Assembly (NCBI GenBank): GCA_963662435.1
Contig: OY759598.1
Coordinates: 1,334,507 to 1,398,506, forward strand
Source: Dehalococcoidia bacterium
Lineage (GTDB): Bacteria; Chloroflexota; Dehalococcoidia; Lucifugimonadales; VXLM01
Direction of reading: 5' to 3'
Length of the DNA: 64,000 nucleotides
Shown here: positions 19,872-30,338 of the stretch, piece after piece
Numbering within the stretch: the first letter of the stretch is position 1
How the letters are laid out: each line of letters opens with the position of its first letter
The notes under the pieces: model-generated
Seen by the model: only the letters and a program-made list of their open reading frames with translations
What the model was told of the DNA's origin: nothing
Database searches by the model: none
Program-made: the position numbers and the translations under genes

Positions 19872-20924
19872 TTGAGAATCACCGACGTCAGCGCGGTCTA
19901 TCCCAGGTGGCAGCGCCTCCCCAAAGGCGTCTGGCAGTCGCATTTCTGGCAGATCGTAGTTCGGGTCGAGGCTGACAACGGCGTCGTCGGCTACGGTTAT
20001 GGCGGCGGCGGAGAACCGGCGTGCCTCGTGGTCAATCAGCACTTCCGCGAGCTCGTCGTCGGAAGTGAGATCGAGACGGTTGAGGATATTCGAGCGCTCT
20101 GGGACCACGTCTACGCTCTGTCACTTCCCTATGGGAGGAAGGGCCTGCCTGTGATGGCGCTCAGCGGCCTCGATCTGGCGCTCTGGGACCTCCTGGGCAA
20201 GTCGCAGGGAAGGCCGGTGTACGACCTTCTCGGTGGAATTCGGAAGCCAGAGGTGCGTGGATATGCGACAGGGGGGAGGCAAGAACAGTACCGGGACTTG
20301 GGGTATACGGCGGTCAAATTCCCACCTGGGAAATCGGCGTCTGAGGCTGACATACGGCAGACCACGGAGAAGGCAGGGCAGGCGCGAGCACTCTTCGGCG
20401 ACGACGCGCTCATCATGACCGATTGCTACATGGCATGGGACTTCGAGACGACGAAGGTGATGGCCGACGCCCTGCGTGAGTTCAACTTCCACTGGTTCGA
20501 GGACGTTACAACCCCGGACCACCTGGAAGAACAGGCAGCGTTGCGGGAGATCATCCATCCGATCAATTTGGCCGGAGGCGAGCACGAGTTCACGAGATTC
20601 GGGTTCGCCCAGATCGCCAGGGCCGGCGCGCTCGATATCTGGCAGCCCGATATTGCGTGGTGCGGAGGGATTACCGAGACGCTTCGGATTCTCGAACTCG
20701 CGTCCGAGCACAACGTGCCGGTCGTACCTCATCGCGGAGGCGAAATCTGGGGCTTGCAATTCATCGCGGCGACGGACTGCGAGGACCTCGCCGAGACGCA
20801 CCCCGAACGTTGGGAAGAGTCGGCGGACGTGCTATGGCTGGACGAGCCAAGGGTCGTCGACGGGTATCTCACTCCGTTGGACCGCCCGGGATTTGGCGTG
20901 GTACTGAACGAGGCGATGTTGTAG
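19872..20924 (+). CDS. Mandelate racemase/muconate lactonizing family enzyme (rhamnonate dehydratase-like)
   Basis: SGLDLALWDLLGK, MTDCY, WFED, GGEHE and QPDIAWCGG. TTG start after GGAG. Confidence 0.88.
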   Translation: MRITDVSAVYPRWQRLPKGVWQSHFWQIVVRVEADNGVVGYGYGGGGEPACLVVNQHFRELVVGSEIETVEDIRALWDHVYALSLPYGRKGLPVMALSGLDLALWDLLGKSQGRPVYDLLGGIRKPEVRGYATGGRQEQYRDLGYTAVKFPPGKSASEADIRQTTEKAGQARALFGDDALIMTDCYMAWDFETTKVMADALREFNFHWFEDVTTPDHLEEQAALREIIHPINLAGGEHEFTRFGFAQIARAGALDIWQPDIAWCGGITETLRILELASEHNVPVVPHRGGEIWGLQFIAATDCEDLAETHPERWEESADVLWLDEPRVVDGYLTPLDRPGFGVVLNEAML

Positions 20925-20936
20925 CCCCACCGCCCT

Positions 20937-22370
20937 CTACGAGACTCGCGGTATGAACGTCGGCGGGCGCTTGAGGAGCGAGATGCTGGCGTCGCTGCCG
21001 AGCTCAGACTGCGCGACCTCGATGGCCTCCTCCACGGTCGCGAATGCGCGGAAACCGCAACGCTCCGCAGCGTCGAAGTCCTTGACGCCGGCAAAGTAGA
21101 TGTCGCTCAGGTAACGCTTCGGCATCAGCGTGCTGTTCCACATGAAGAAAGGATGCGCGCCGTGATAGGCGTACTTGTGGCGATACCCGTAGATGTACTC
21201 GGGCCTGTGCGCGAAGTCCTCAACGTGGTTCTCCCATAGCCAGTAGGGGTCGTGCTCCTGGGAGAGCAGCCGCTCGTAGAATTCTACATAGGACGCGAAC
21301 CTCGCCCTGTCGAATCGTGCGTGCAGGGGATGGGCAATGATGGCGATCCCGCCCTTGCGGACGACCGGCTTGCCCTGGAACTGCATGATCGTGTTGGCCA
21401 TCGACTGATTGGCCGCCAGGATTGGGTTCATTACCGAGAACTTGGAGTAGCACTCGACGTTCGATAGCCCTGCTATGAGAATGTCCGACTGTCCGTCAAC
21501 GCCGACGGTCAGCTGCTCGTCGATCGCCTTAAGCGTGTGCGGATGTACCTCGGTCGGATGACCGGCGAACATGGCGATCAGGTCCTTGCGGGGATCGCCG
21601 TTGTCATAGACGGTCTCGATGGTGAATATGCGCCGTCCCTTTTCTTCAAGCGCGTCCTTGATGATCTCCCCCTGCTCCCAGACCAGCTTCTTGAAGGAGG
21701 AGCTCTTCGGATCGTCGACCGACTGCCCCGAAGCACTTGGGAAGGGCCTGTGGTGGTGCCGGATGCTGCGGAAGGTTCCCAAGCCGACCGCTGTCGACTT
21801 CCAGCCCCCGTTGAACGGCGCCCACATCGTGTTCAGGTAGATGAACTGGTCGGAGTCGACCACCGCACGGTTCACCTCCACGTCCCAGCGGCGCTTCGTG
21901 TAGCCGAGGTGGACAAGCTGTTCCGGGTCCTCAGCGTCGTGGCTGTAGAGTTGGTTGTAGCCGAACTGGAGGACGAGCTTGTGACCGAGGAAAGTCTCCA
22001 TCTCGGTGCGCGTCAGCTTCCGGTGAAGTCCCTGCGAGAGCAGCAGCGTGATGTTTCCAAGCTCCACTCCAGCCTTGCGAAGCTCCTCGACGATGATCTC
22101 GATGGCGGTCTGGCGAAAGTCGGTGCGCTTGGTCTGGAAGTACGAGCCCGACGCGTCGTCGAACGCGATTGTGACCTTGGATGACGGGCCTACCAGCTTG
22201 TGCAGGGGTTCGTGTGCGATGGGATTCGCCATCGCCTCGCGCACTGCGCCCTCGATATCAGGCACGGGGGGCATGGGAGGCTTCGCAACGATGGTGCGGG
22301 TGTGCTCTGGCACGTCGACGGGAAGCCGCCCGTCACCGTAGGCAATGTACTCAGTACGAGTGTTTTTCAT
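20937..22370 (-). CDS. Lactate racemase (LarA/DUF2088) domain protein
   Basis: IAFDD, GLHRK, HDAED, NGGWKS and RHHH. Confidence 0.8.
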   Translation of the reverse strand: MKNTRTEYIAYGDGRLPVDVPEHTRTIVAKPPMPPVPDIEGAVREAMANPIAHEPLHKLVGPSSKVTIAFDDASGSYFQTKRTDFRQTAIEIIVEELRKAGVELGNITLLLSQGLHRKLTRTEMETFLGHKLVLQFGYNQLYSHDAEDPEQLVHLGYTKRRWDVEVNRAVVDSDQFIYLNTMWAPFNGGWKSTAVGLGTFRSIRHHHRPFPSASGQSVDDPKSSSFKKLVWEQGEIIKDALEEKGRRIFTIETVYDNGDPRKDLIAMFAGHPTEVHPHTLKAIDEQLTVGVDGQSDILIAGLSNVECYSKFSVMNPILAANQSMANTIMQFQGKPVVRKGGIAIIAHPLHARFDRARFASYVEFYERLLSQEHDPYWLWENHVEDFAHRPEYIYGYRHKYAYHGAHPFFMWNSTLMPKRYLSDIYFAGVKDFDAAERCGFRAFATVEEAIEVAQSELGSDASISLLKRPPTFIPRVS

Positions 22371-22459
22371 GGGAAGGATCGCTTGAGGGTCAGGTTTCCC
22401 CCGATTATAGCCGAACGAGCGCACCACGGGGACACACACACCAAGAGCAGCGTCTTGGA

Positions 22460-23398
22460 CTATGCCGAATTAAGGAGTTTCTCGACTTCGGCGCGGTCGG
22501 GCATGGCGTCCTGCGCTCCACGCTTCGTCACGACCAACCCTCCGGCTGCATTGGCGAATCGCAGAGCATCCTCCAAAGTCCGTCCCTCAGCGAGGGCTAC
22601 GGCGAGCGCCCCGGCGAATCCGTCTCCCGCCGCCACGGTATCGACGGCTTCAACCTGAAACGCGGGTACGTGGCCGGAGCAATCGCCGGACGCGTACACG
22701 ACTCCGTCCTCACCGAGCTTGACGATTGCCGTGGGAGCGCCGCGCCAGCTGAGTACCGTCGCCGCCTCATGTGCGGACGCTATGTCGCTTACCGTGATGC
22801 CGGTAAGGACTTCGGCTTCGGACTGGTTGGGAGCAATGATGTCGAATGCGGCGTAGGCCTGAGGCGGAATCTTCGATGGTGGAGCCGGATCGTAGATGAC
22901 TCGAACTCCCTTTCGGCGAGCAATCTTGGCGGCTTCCAGGGATACTTCGAGCGGGATTTCCATTTGAAGCAGCAGCGCATCGGCTCCATCGAGCGCACGA
23001 CTCGCGGCCCGCAACTGCGCTTCGTCGCACGCCATGTTCGCCCCGTAGATGCCGACGATGTAGTTCTGCCGGTCATCGTCGAGGAGGATCACGGCAATGC
23101 CGGACGACGTACCAGGGGTGGTCGTCACGTCCGATACGTCCACCCCGGTCGCCTGTAGGCTCTCGATCAGCGTGGGACCGAACACGTCGTCCCCCACCCT
23201 GCCGATCATGCGAACGTCCGCTCCTAGAAGAGCGGCCGCCACGGCTTGGTTGGCTCCCTTGCCACCCGGAAGTGTTGCGAACTCACTTCCCATCACCGTC
23301 CCGCCGGGCGCGGGCAGCGACGGCGCAATAGCAACCAAGTCCATATTGATACTGCCGAGAACGACGATCTTGGGCTTAGGCTCTTTCACCACATTCAC
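22460..23398 (-). CDS. rbsK: Ribokinase
   Basis: GSINMDL, GGKGANQA, PNQSE and DTVAAGDGF. Confidence 0.92.
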   Translation of the reverse strand: MNVVKEPKPKIVVLGSINMDLVAIAPSLPAPGGTVMGSEFATLPGGKGANQAVAAALLGADVRMIGRVGDDVFGPTLIESLQATGVDVSDVTTTPGTSSGIAVILLDDDRQNYIVGIYGANMACDEAQLRAASRALDGADALLLQMEIPLEVSLEAAKIARRKGVRVIYDPAPPSKIPPQAYAAFDIIAPNQSEAEVLTGITVSDIASAHEAATVLSWRGAPTAIVKLGEDGVVYASGDCSGHVPAFQVEAVDTVAAGDGFAGALAVALAEGRTLEDALRFANAAGGLVVTKRGAQDAMPDRAEVEKLLNSA

Positions 23399-23437
23399 CG
23401 AAAATCAATGTAGCCACAGCCCTGAACTGATAACAGG

Positions 23438-23680
23438 CTACAACCGGAGTATCCTAAGTAATTCCTCGACACTCATGCCGTGATGGGTTGAAACGTTCTT
23501 CAAGATACTCGATAGTGTCTTTATCCCTATGGGACTATGGCGTGGGATAACTTCGTGGTGTTCTCCGTTCGTCTGCGTCGTAACCCGAACATGAGAACCG
23601 CGTTGACGTGTAGCCACATAACCCATACGCCGAAGCGCTTTTTCTAAGTCCGAGCCACTTACATTACGCGGCATTCTCAC
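23438..23680 (-). CDS. hicA: Type II TA toxin, HicA family
   Basis: RQRGSH and IPRH...TLSSIL. GTGA overlap with the upstream partner. Confidence 0.88.
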   Translation of the reverse strand: MRMPRNVSGSDLEKALRRMGYVATRQRGSHVRVTTQTNGEHHEVIPRHSPIGIKTLSSILKNVSTHHGMSVEELLRILRL

Positions 23681-23901
23681 AGCGCCAAGACTTCATCTCG
23701 GACAAAGTGCAGGCGAATCAATGCTGGCCGAGTCATCGTTTCGTCAAAGTAGCAGTCAGCCGCTTCTTTGACATTAGCTCGAAGTTCTTCAATCGTATCG
23801 CCTTGGGTGTGAATACCGTATCCCAACGCGCTAGCAGAGAATCCGCCGTCGATCTCATCCTCGCTGACTTCGAAAATGATCTCAGAAGGATTGGAGGACA
23901 T
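23677..23901 (-). CDS. Short HicB-like antitoxin
   Basis: EDEIDGGFSA...IHTQGDTIEELRANVKEA partial RNase H fold. GAGGAG RBS. Confidence 0.8.
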   Translation of the reverse strand: MSSNPSEIIFEVSEDEIDGGFSASALGYGIHTQGDTIEELRANVKEAADCYFDETMTRPALIRLHFVRDEVLAL

Positions 23902-24019
23902 TGCACATTTCTCCTCTCTCATAAGACAACGCCTTCAGAATGAACGTCAAAAGCGATCCCGCAACGACATCGTTAGTATATCAGTCCCAAAGCAGTCAGC
24001 GACTCTCCGCTCCCCATGC

Positions 24020-24829
24020 TTACCCCAGCAGACCCTCGCCTGCCAACCGCTCGACAACCTTCGCCACACCGTCTTCGCAGAGCGGGTGAGCCACCTCGTC
24101 GGCAGCCGCTTTTGCGGGGGCACTTCCATCGCCCACCGCGACACCGAGTCCTGCCCACGATATCATCGCGGCGTCCTCGTCGCCGTTGCCGAATGCGATG
24201 GCGTCTTCACGCCGGATATCGAGCATCCTGCATAGGCGCTCCAACGCCGGTCCCTTGCCTGTGTCGGGATGCAGTACCTCGCAAAAGTACGGCAGGGACC
24301 TCACTATCGCAAGACGCGAGTCGAATGACTCTTTCAGCGTTGATGTTGCCCTGCCCACGGAGTCGTCATCACCACCAACGATCAGCCTGGTCACACCCTC
24401 CTCTCCCAGGCTGCGAAGGTCGTTGACGACATGCACACGAACGTGGTTGCGCTCGACGTAGGCGTCGGTCCAATCCGATGTACGGTCCACGTAGACGTGG
24501 CCGCGGTGGTGGGCAAGTATCTCATTGTCCCCGGATTCAACAACGTCGAGCGCCTCGCAGAGCATTTCAGACGTGAGAGGCCGGTGCCACAGGACCTGAT
24601 CGGTGAGAGGATCAGCGATGTGCGCGCCCTGATAGGTCGCGACCGGCGACTGCAAATTCAGGCTGGCGGTCACGTGGAGCGCCGAAAGGTACATTCTTCC
24701 AGTGACGATCGTAACGATCGCCCCCGCCTCGCGCGCGGCTTCCATGGCCTGACACGTCCTCTTCGACAGGGGATAGTCGTTGCTGCGGATCGTGCCGTCG
24801 ATGTCCAGCGCTATCAGCTTATATCCCAT
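24020..24829 (-). CDS. Cof-type HAD-IIB hydrolase
   Basis: DIDGT, VTGR, GKG, AFGNGDED and DGVA. Confidence 0.9.
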   Translation of the reverse strand: MGYKLIALDIDGTIRSNDYPLSKRTCQAMEAAREAGAIVTIVTGRMYLSALHVTASLNLQSPVATYQGAHIADPLTDQVLWHRPLTSEMLCEALDVVESGDNEILAHHRGHVYVDRTSDWTDAYVERNHVRVHVVNDLRSLGEEGVTRLIVGGDDDSVGRATSTLKESFDSRLAIVRSLPYFCEVLHPDTGKGPALERLCRMLDIRREDAIAFGNGDEDAAMISWAGLGVAVGDGSAPAKAAADEVAHPLCEDGVAKVVERLAGEGLLG

Positions 24830-24892
24830 GTCGGGTCAGAAGAAGGGCCTGTGGTAAGATTCTGGGCGAAACGGCATCACAAGGAGCGGATA

Positions 24893-24982
24893 GTGAAAAT
24901 CAGCCCTCGACGCATACTTTGGATGATCATCATTCCGGTTGTCGTCGTCATTCTCGTGTTGGCGGTTCAGAACAGCCAGTAG
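24893..24982 (+). CDS. Putative 29-aa single-pass membrane peptide
   Basis: AAGGAG RBS 7 nt before GTG and an upstream TGgTAAGAT. Product MKISPRRILWMIIIPVVVVILVLAVQNSQ. Confidence 0.6.
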   Translation: MKISPRRILWMIIIPVVVVILVLAVQNSQ

Positions 24983-25039
24983 ACTCTCGCAAATTATGCC
25001 ACACCGGGTGCCCTGGAGCATTCATTGGCCGAGGCCCAG

Positions 25040-26134
25040 ATGTCCAAAATACAGAGTTATGAAACGCACGTTGTCGCTGTGCCACGTGAGCCCGGCGCTT
25101 CGACCGATATAGCCGATAGGCCGCCCGCGACGGTGTTCGTGACGCTGCAGTTGCGCACGAACGATGGCGTCGAGGGTTTGGGCCACGCCACCCTCGTGCC
25201 GTGGGCGATGAACAACGCCCTCAAGGCTGCCGTAGACGCGCTAGCGGAAGAGGTCGTGGGACGCGATCCCATGGACCTCGAGAGCATAGTCGCCGACCTG
25301 TACTGGGCAGCAGGAGCCGGATCGACTGCCGGCGTGGCAGTCCACGCGATTGCGGCCATCGAGGTTGCATTGTGGGACATTCGCGGTAAGCAGACCGGCC
25401 AGCCTGTTCACAAGCTATTGGGCGGATTCACCGACCGGGTGAAGGTGTACGCCAGCGGCAGCTTCTGGAGACCTCATCGTCCCGAAGACATGCCGGAAGC
25501 AGCGCAAGCGTTCGTCGAGCAGGGATTCAAAGCCATGAAGCTGCGCGTCGGAGGGGAGTCTAGTCCGGCGAAGGAGGTCGAGCGACTTCGCGTTCTGCGA
25601 GAAGCCGTCGGCGGCGATATCGATCTCATGGTTGACGTCAACCGGGGATGGACCGTGAATCAGGCCGTGACCATCGGGAAGCAGCTGGAGGAATATGGGC
25701 TGTACTGGCTCGAAGACCCGATCGACCATCTCGATCTGGAGGGGCAGGCCCGGGTCGCCGACGCATTGACCGTGCCCATCGCGGCCGGCGAGTACCACTA
25801 TGGCATAGAGCCCTTCCGCTACTTGCTCGAACGGCGGTCGATCGACATCGTGATGATCGACCTCGTGCGTGTTGGGGGACTCTCGCGCTGGATGAAGGTC
25901 GCCCACATGGCGGAGGCGTTCAACGTGCCGGTCGTTAGTCACCTGGTCCCGGAGTTCCTCTGTCACGCCATGGCCGCAATTCCCAACGGCATCTACACGG
26001 AGTACATGCCATGGTCACTGCCGCTCTACAAGGAGCCGCCCAAGATCGAGGACGGTGAGTTGGTATTGCCGCAGACGCCCGGACTCGGTCTTGAGTTCGA
26101 CGAGGACGCGATCCGAATATTCCGGATGGACTGA
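25040..26134 (+). CDS. Mandelate racemase/muconate lactonizing family enzyme
   Basis: ALWDIRGK, KxK-like MKLR, MVDVN, WLEDP, AAGE and VSH. Confidence 0.9.
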   Translation: MSKIQSYETHVVAVPREPGASTDIADRPPATVFVTLQLRTNDGVEGLGHATLVPWAMNNALKAAVDALAEEVVGRDPMDLESIVADLYWAAGAGSTAGVAVHAIAAIEVALWDIRGKQTGQPVHKLLGGFTDRVKVYASGSFWRPHRPEDMPEAAQAFVEQGFKAMKLRVGGESSPAKEVERLRVLREAVGGDIDLMVDVNRGWTVNQAVTIGKQLEEYGLYWLEDPIDHLDLEGQARVADALTVPIAAGEYHYGIEPFRYLLERRSIDIVMIDLVRVGGLSRWMKVAHMAEAFNVPVVSHLVPEFLCHAMAAIPNGIYTEYMPWSLPLYKEPPKIEDGELVLPQTPGLGLEFDEDAIRIFRMD

Positions 26135-26206
26135 TTGGGCCGACTGGAACTCAGTCAACTTGAATATGATGAACTGGCAGATGCCGCTTTATCCCCTCTC
26201 CCGTCG

Positions 26207-27930
26207 GAGGCTGTCTCATAAGTAGGTTGCCTTATTGAAAATACAGAGGTTCTAGGGGTAAGTTTGTGTTGTTGCACCTGCTTTAGGAGAAGTGGCATGC
26301 CATTTCGGGACTTCAATCGGGAACAGGGGTGGCTTCTGCCGCCTGATCTGGGAGAGTTAGTAGGCCCCAATCATCCCGCGCGATTCGCCGCGACCTTCGT
26401 GGACTCTCTTGATGAGGAGACGTGGAAGGAGTTGGGGATCGACCTGCGAGGCGATCCTATGGGAGCATCGTCCTATCACCCTCGCGCGTTGCTGAGCGTG
26501 TGGATATATGGGTTCATGACGGGTGTGCGTTCCAGCCGCAAGCTGGAGACGGCCTGCCGCGAACAGGTGGCCTTCATGTGGCTGACCGGGAGGCAGAGGC
26601 CGGACCACAACACGCTGTGGAGGTTCTACAGGTCTCACCGAGAGCGGATGAGGGTTCTCCTGAATCGCACGGTGCGCACGGCTGTGAAGGCCGGCTTGGT
26701 GGACTTGGCACTTCAGGCGGTGGACGGGACACGAATCGCCGGTAACGCGTCCAGTGACCGCACCTACGACGCGGAGGGTCTCAGACGGCTCTTGGAGCGT
26801 ACGGAAGCAGCCATTGCGGATCTGGAAGCAAAGAACTCGACTGGAGGGGAGCCTGCACCAGTCGAACTACCATCGGAGATTGCGAGCGCCGAGGCATTGC
26901 GCGACCGAGTGGTCGACGCCCTTGGCCTCGTGCTGGAGGAGGAGGGAGCCAACCACGCGAACCTTACCGACCCTGACGCGGGGCTGCTCAAGAGCAAGGA
27001 AGGTGGCTTTATAGCCGGCTACAACGCCCAGTCGATGGTGGCGCCCATCACGTCCGACGATGCCTCCGGCATGATCATCACGGCCGCGGATGTGACCTCC
27101 GGCTCGGACGACCACGCGCAGCTCGTTCCGATGATCGAGGCGTCTGCAGAGAATACGGGGACAGACCATGCGGTGACCGTCGCCGACGCCGGATATCACT
27201 CAGGGACCAACCTTGCCGACTGCGCGTCCTCCGGACACCGCGTGCTCATGCCGGACACCCATAACCGCCGACGCCGCTCCCCGTACCACAAGGACCACTT
27301 CACGTACGACCCTGAGAATGACACATACCTGTGCCCGAATCAGCAACCTCTCATCTTCAAGGACACGTTCAGACACGCGAACGGCTACAGACTCAGACGC
27401 TACAGGGCCGATGGTGCGCTCTGCCGTATCTGCCCTGCCTTTGGAGAATGCACCACCTCTACCAACGGTCGAACCATAAGAATCAGCGAATACGAACCTG
27501 AGTTGAGACGACACAGAGAGATGATGTCTACCGAGTCTGCCAGGGCGAGTTATAAGCGGCGTCAGGGGCTGGTCGAGCCGGTGTTCGGCCTCCTCAAGGA
27601 GCATCACAGCGCCAGGCGGTTCCTGCTGCGAGGCCGCGAGAACGTCCTCTCCGAGTGGTGTCTGCTGGCTGCAGCGTTCAACCTCAAGAGCCTTCACAGG
27701 GTGTGGAGTGCCTCCTCGCCGTCGAACTCGCCTCACACTGGCTCGCCACGACTACATCCACGCTGTGGTCGCGGCGCCACTGATGCCGCCCGCAACCGCT
27801 TGGCACCGTTGTCGACGGCCCGACCACGAATCGCCACTCGCAGACTCTATAGAGTCTACCGGTCATCCCCCATCACATCCCCAGCGTGTACTCAATCACT
27901 GCACGCCACGTGAAGCTATGAGACAGCCTC
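26207..27930 (+). mobile_element. IS1182-family insertion sequence (1724 bp)
   Basis: 14-bp terminal inverted repeats GAGGCTGTCTCATA / TATGAGACAGCCTC. Flanking direct repeat CGTCG at 26202-26206 and 27931-27935. Confidence 0.92.
26297..27913 (+). CDS. IS1182-family DDE transposase
   Basis: YHPRALL, SSRKLE, PDHNTLWRF, VDGT, TDPDA, GYNAQ, ADAGY, Cys cluster and VEPVFG. AGGAGA RBS. Confidence 0.95.
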   Translation: MPFRDFNREQGWLLPPDLGELVGPNHPARFAATFVDSLDEETWKELGIDLRGDPMGASSYHPRALLSVWIYGFMTGVRSSRKLETACREQVAFMWLTGRQRPDHNTLWRFYRSHRERMRVLLNRTVRTAVKAGLVDLALQAVDGTRIAGNASSDRTYDAEGLRRLLERTEAAIADLEAKNSTGGEPAPVELPSEIASAEALRDRVVDALGLVLEEEGANHANLTDPDAGLLKSKEGGFIAGYNAQSMVAPITSDDASGMIITAADVTSGSDDHAQLVPMIEASAENTGTDHAVTVADAGYHSGTNLADCASSGHRVLMPDTHNRRRRSPYHKDHFTYDPENDTYLCPNQQPLIFKDTFRHANGYRLRRYRADGALCRICPAFGECTTSTNGRTIRISEYEPELRRHREMMSTESARASYKRRQGLVEPVFGLLKEHHSARRFLLRGRENVLSEWCLLAAAFNLKSLHRVWSASSPSNSPHTGSPRLHPRCGRGATDAARNRLAPLSTARPRIATRRLYRVYRSSPITSPACTQSLHAT

Positions 27931-28014
27931 CGTCGTGGGAGAGGGCTAGGCTGAGGGTGAATCGCAATATCAGAATCATGTGGGTCCGGTACTTGGGCCA
28001 ACCCACCGAGAAGG

Positions 28015-28488
28015 CTACTCTGCGTCGATTGCCCTCGCAAGGTTCGCCATTTCGATGGCCGTGACCGCGGCGCTGTAGCCATGGTTGCCGCTCTTGCCGC
28101 CCGCCCTGTTGATGGCCTGCTCGACCGTGTCGGTCGTGAGTATGCCGAAGATGACGGGAAGACCTGAGGCCATACCGGCTGCCGCGATGCCCTTGGCGGC
28201 CTCTCCCGCCACGTGCTCGTAATGGTCGGTCTCACCTCGAATTACCGCGCCGAGGCAGACAACGGCGTCGTGCTTGTTCGCCGCTGCAAGTCGCTTTGCG
28301 GCGAACGGCACTTCGAACGAGCCCGGAACCGACACGACCGTTACGTCGTCGTCGGCCACGCCGTACTGGGACAGGGCAGAGATTGCTCCTTCGAGCAGGC
28401 GCGATGTGATGAAATCGTTGAATCGCGCGACGACGACCGCGACTTTCAGGCCCTCGCCCTGCAGGCTGCCCTTGAGTTCATTTGGCAT
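28015..28488 (-). CDS. ribH: 6,7-dimethyl-8-ribityllumazine synthase
   Basis: ARFNDFIT, VPGSFE, GAVIRGET and QAINRAGGK. Confidence 0.97.
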   Translation of the reverse strand: MPNELKGSLQGEGLKVAVVVARFNDFITSRLLEGAISALSQYGVADDDVTVVSVPGSFEVPFAAKRLAAANKHDAVVCLGAVIRGETDHYEHVAGEAAKGIAAAGMASGLPVIFGILTTDTVEQAINRAGGKSGNHGYSAAVTAIEMANLARAIDAE

Positions 28489-29743
28489 CGCTGGTCTCCG
28501 GGATGTCGACGAGTGATGAATCGGAACCATTGACGTGAGTGTCGGACTCGTCAAGAAGGTGCCCAAGCCGAGTGCGCTTGGTCTCGAGATAGCGGCTGTT
28601 TTCCTTCGTCGGTTGGGCCTTGATCGGCACTCTCTCGACCACCTCCAGGCCAAAGCCGTCGAGGCCGCTCAGCTTGCGAGGATTGTTGGTGAGGATGCGC
28701 ATCCTGCTGACACCCAGATCGTCCAGTATCTGTGCGCCGACGCCGTAGTGCCGGATGTCCGGAGCGTATCCAAGGTGAACGTTGGCGTCCACGGTGTCGA
28801 GGCCGAGGTCCTGCAGGTTGTAGGCCTTGATCTTATTGTGGATGCCGATCCCCCTGCCCTCCTGGCGCATGTAGAGGAAGACCCCCCTGCCCTCGCGCTC
28901 GATTGCCTGGAGGGCCAGATCGACCTGCTCCCCACAGTCGCAGCGCAGGCTCCCAAAGACATCTCCCGTGAGACACTCGCTATGCACCCTGACGAGTACG
29001 GGCTCTTCGGTCGATAAATCACCCAGGACGAGTGCCACGTGCTCGGCGGTGTCGACAAGGCTTCGGTAGGACGTGATCGTGAACTCGCCACGCTTGGCCG
29101 GTAGACGGGCATCCGCGACCCGCTCGATGATGCGCTCGTGCTCGCGGCGATACGCGATGATGCTCGCGATGCTAACGATGCCGATGCCGTGCTCTTCGGA
29201 GAACCGCAGCAGGTCGGGCATTCGCATCATCGTCCCGTCCTCGTTGACCAACTCGCAAAGGACACCGGAAGGGTCGAGTCCCGACATGCGGGACAGGTCC
29301 ACGGCAGCCTCGGTATGGCCTGCACGCACGAGCACTCCGCCGTCGGTGTACCTCAGCGGGAAGACGTGACCCGGTCTGCCGAGGTCTTCCGGTTTCGTAT
29401 CGGGAGAGACGAGCCTCTGCACCGTCACCCATCGATCGTGGGCGGAGACTCCGGTGGTGGTGCCTTCCAGCGCGTCGACGGAGATCGTGAAGGCCGTGCT
29501 CAGACGCGCGGTGTTGTCGCGCACCATCATGGGCAACTGCAGATCTTCGAGGCGTTGGGCGGTCAGTGGAACGCAAACGATGCCGCTGGAGTGACGGACG
29601 ATGAAGTTGATGGCCTCGGGGGTCGCCTTCTCGGCGGCCATGATGAGGTCGCCCTCATTCTCGCGGTCCTCGTCGTCTACGACGATGACCATTCGCCCCA
29701 TCCCGATCTCGGTAACTGCCTGGTCGACCGATATCTCCGGCAT
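28478..29743 (-). CDS. ribBA: Bifunctional DHBP synthase / GTP cyclohydrolase II
   Basis: [32 protein letters not shown] and RQEGRGIG. Confidence 0.97.
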   Translation of the reverse strand: MPEISVDQAVTEIGMGRMVIVVDDEDRENEGDLIMAAEKATPEAINFIVRHSSGIVCVPLTAQRLEDLQLPMMVRDNTARLSTAFTISVDALEGTTTGVSAHDRWVTVQRLVSPDTKPEDLGRPGHVFPLRYTDGGVLVRAGHTEAAVDLSRMSGLDPSGVLCELVNEDGTMMRMPDLLRFSEEHGIGIVSIASIIAYRREHERIIERVADARLPAKRGEFTITSYRSLVDTAEHVALVLGDLSTEEPVLVRVHSECLTGDVFGSLRCDCGEQVDLALQAIEREGRGVFLYMRQEGRGIGIHNKIKAYNLQDLGLDTVDANVHLGYAPDIRHYGVGAQILDDLGVSRMRILTNNPRKLSGLDGFGLEVVERVPIKAQPTKENSRYLETKRTRLGHLLDESDTHVNGSDSSLVDIPETSDAK

Positions 29744-29749
29744 CGTTCC

Positions 29750-30334
29750 CTACCCCTGACTCCCTGTCGTCAACCGCTCGACGTACTTTGCGAGGATGTC
29801 GATCTCGATGTTGACGGCGTCTCCCACCCTGCGCGAACCGAATATCGTATGGTCGCGGGTATGTGGTATCACCGTGACCGAAAAGCCTATCTCGTCACAG
29901 TGTACAACCGTGAGACTCACGCCGTCCACAGCTATGAACCCCTTCTCAACGACATATCGCGCAACCTGAGGCGGCACGTCAATCCGCACCATGAGAGCTT
30001 CGCCGTCCGCTGATATATCGCTAATCGTGCCGGTCCCGTCCACGTGGCCTTGAACGATATGCCCGTCCAATCGACCGTCGGCGCGAAGAGGACGCTCGAA
30101 ATTTACAGGGCTGTCGATACTCAAGTCACCGAGGTTCGTGCGTCTGAGCGTCTCGGGTACGACATCGACCCTGAAGTCGTCTTCTTCCAGCGAGGTGACG
30201 GTCAGACACACTCCGTTGACGCTGATGCTCCCACCGAGTTCCAGTGTGGGCATTACCGTGTGGGCGGCTATAGTCAGCCGTCCCTGACCGAACGATCTGA
30301 CTGTACCGACTTCCTCTACGATTCCCGTGAACAT
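29750..30334 (-). CDS. ribE: Riboflavin synthase (alpha chain)
   Basis: [15 protein letters not shown] and GHIVQGHVD. Confidence 0.97.
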   Translation of the reverse strand: MFTGIVEEVGTVRSFGQGRLTIAAHTVMPTLELGGSISVNGVCLTVTSLEEDDFRVDVVPETLRRTNLGDLSIDSPVNFERPLRADGRLDGHIVQGHVDGTGTISDISADGEALMVRIDVPPQVARYVVEKGFIAVDGVSLTVVHCDEIGFSVTVIPHTRDHTIFGSRRVGDAVNIEIDILAKYVERLTTGSQG

Positions 30335-30338
30335 AGTG

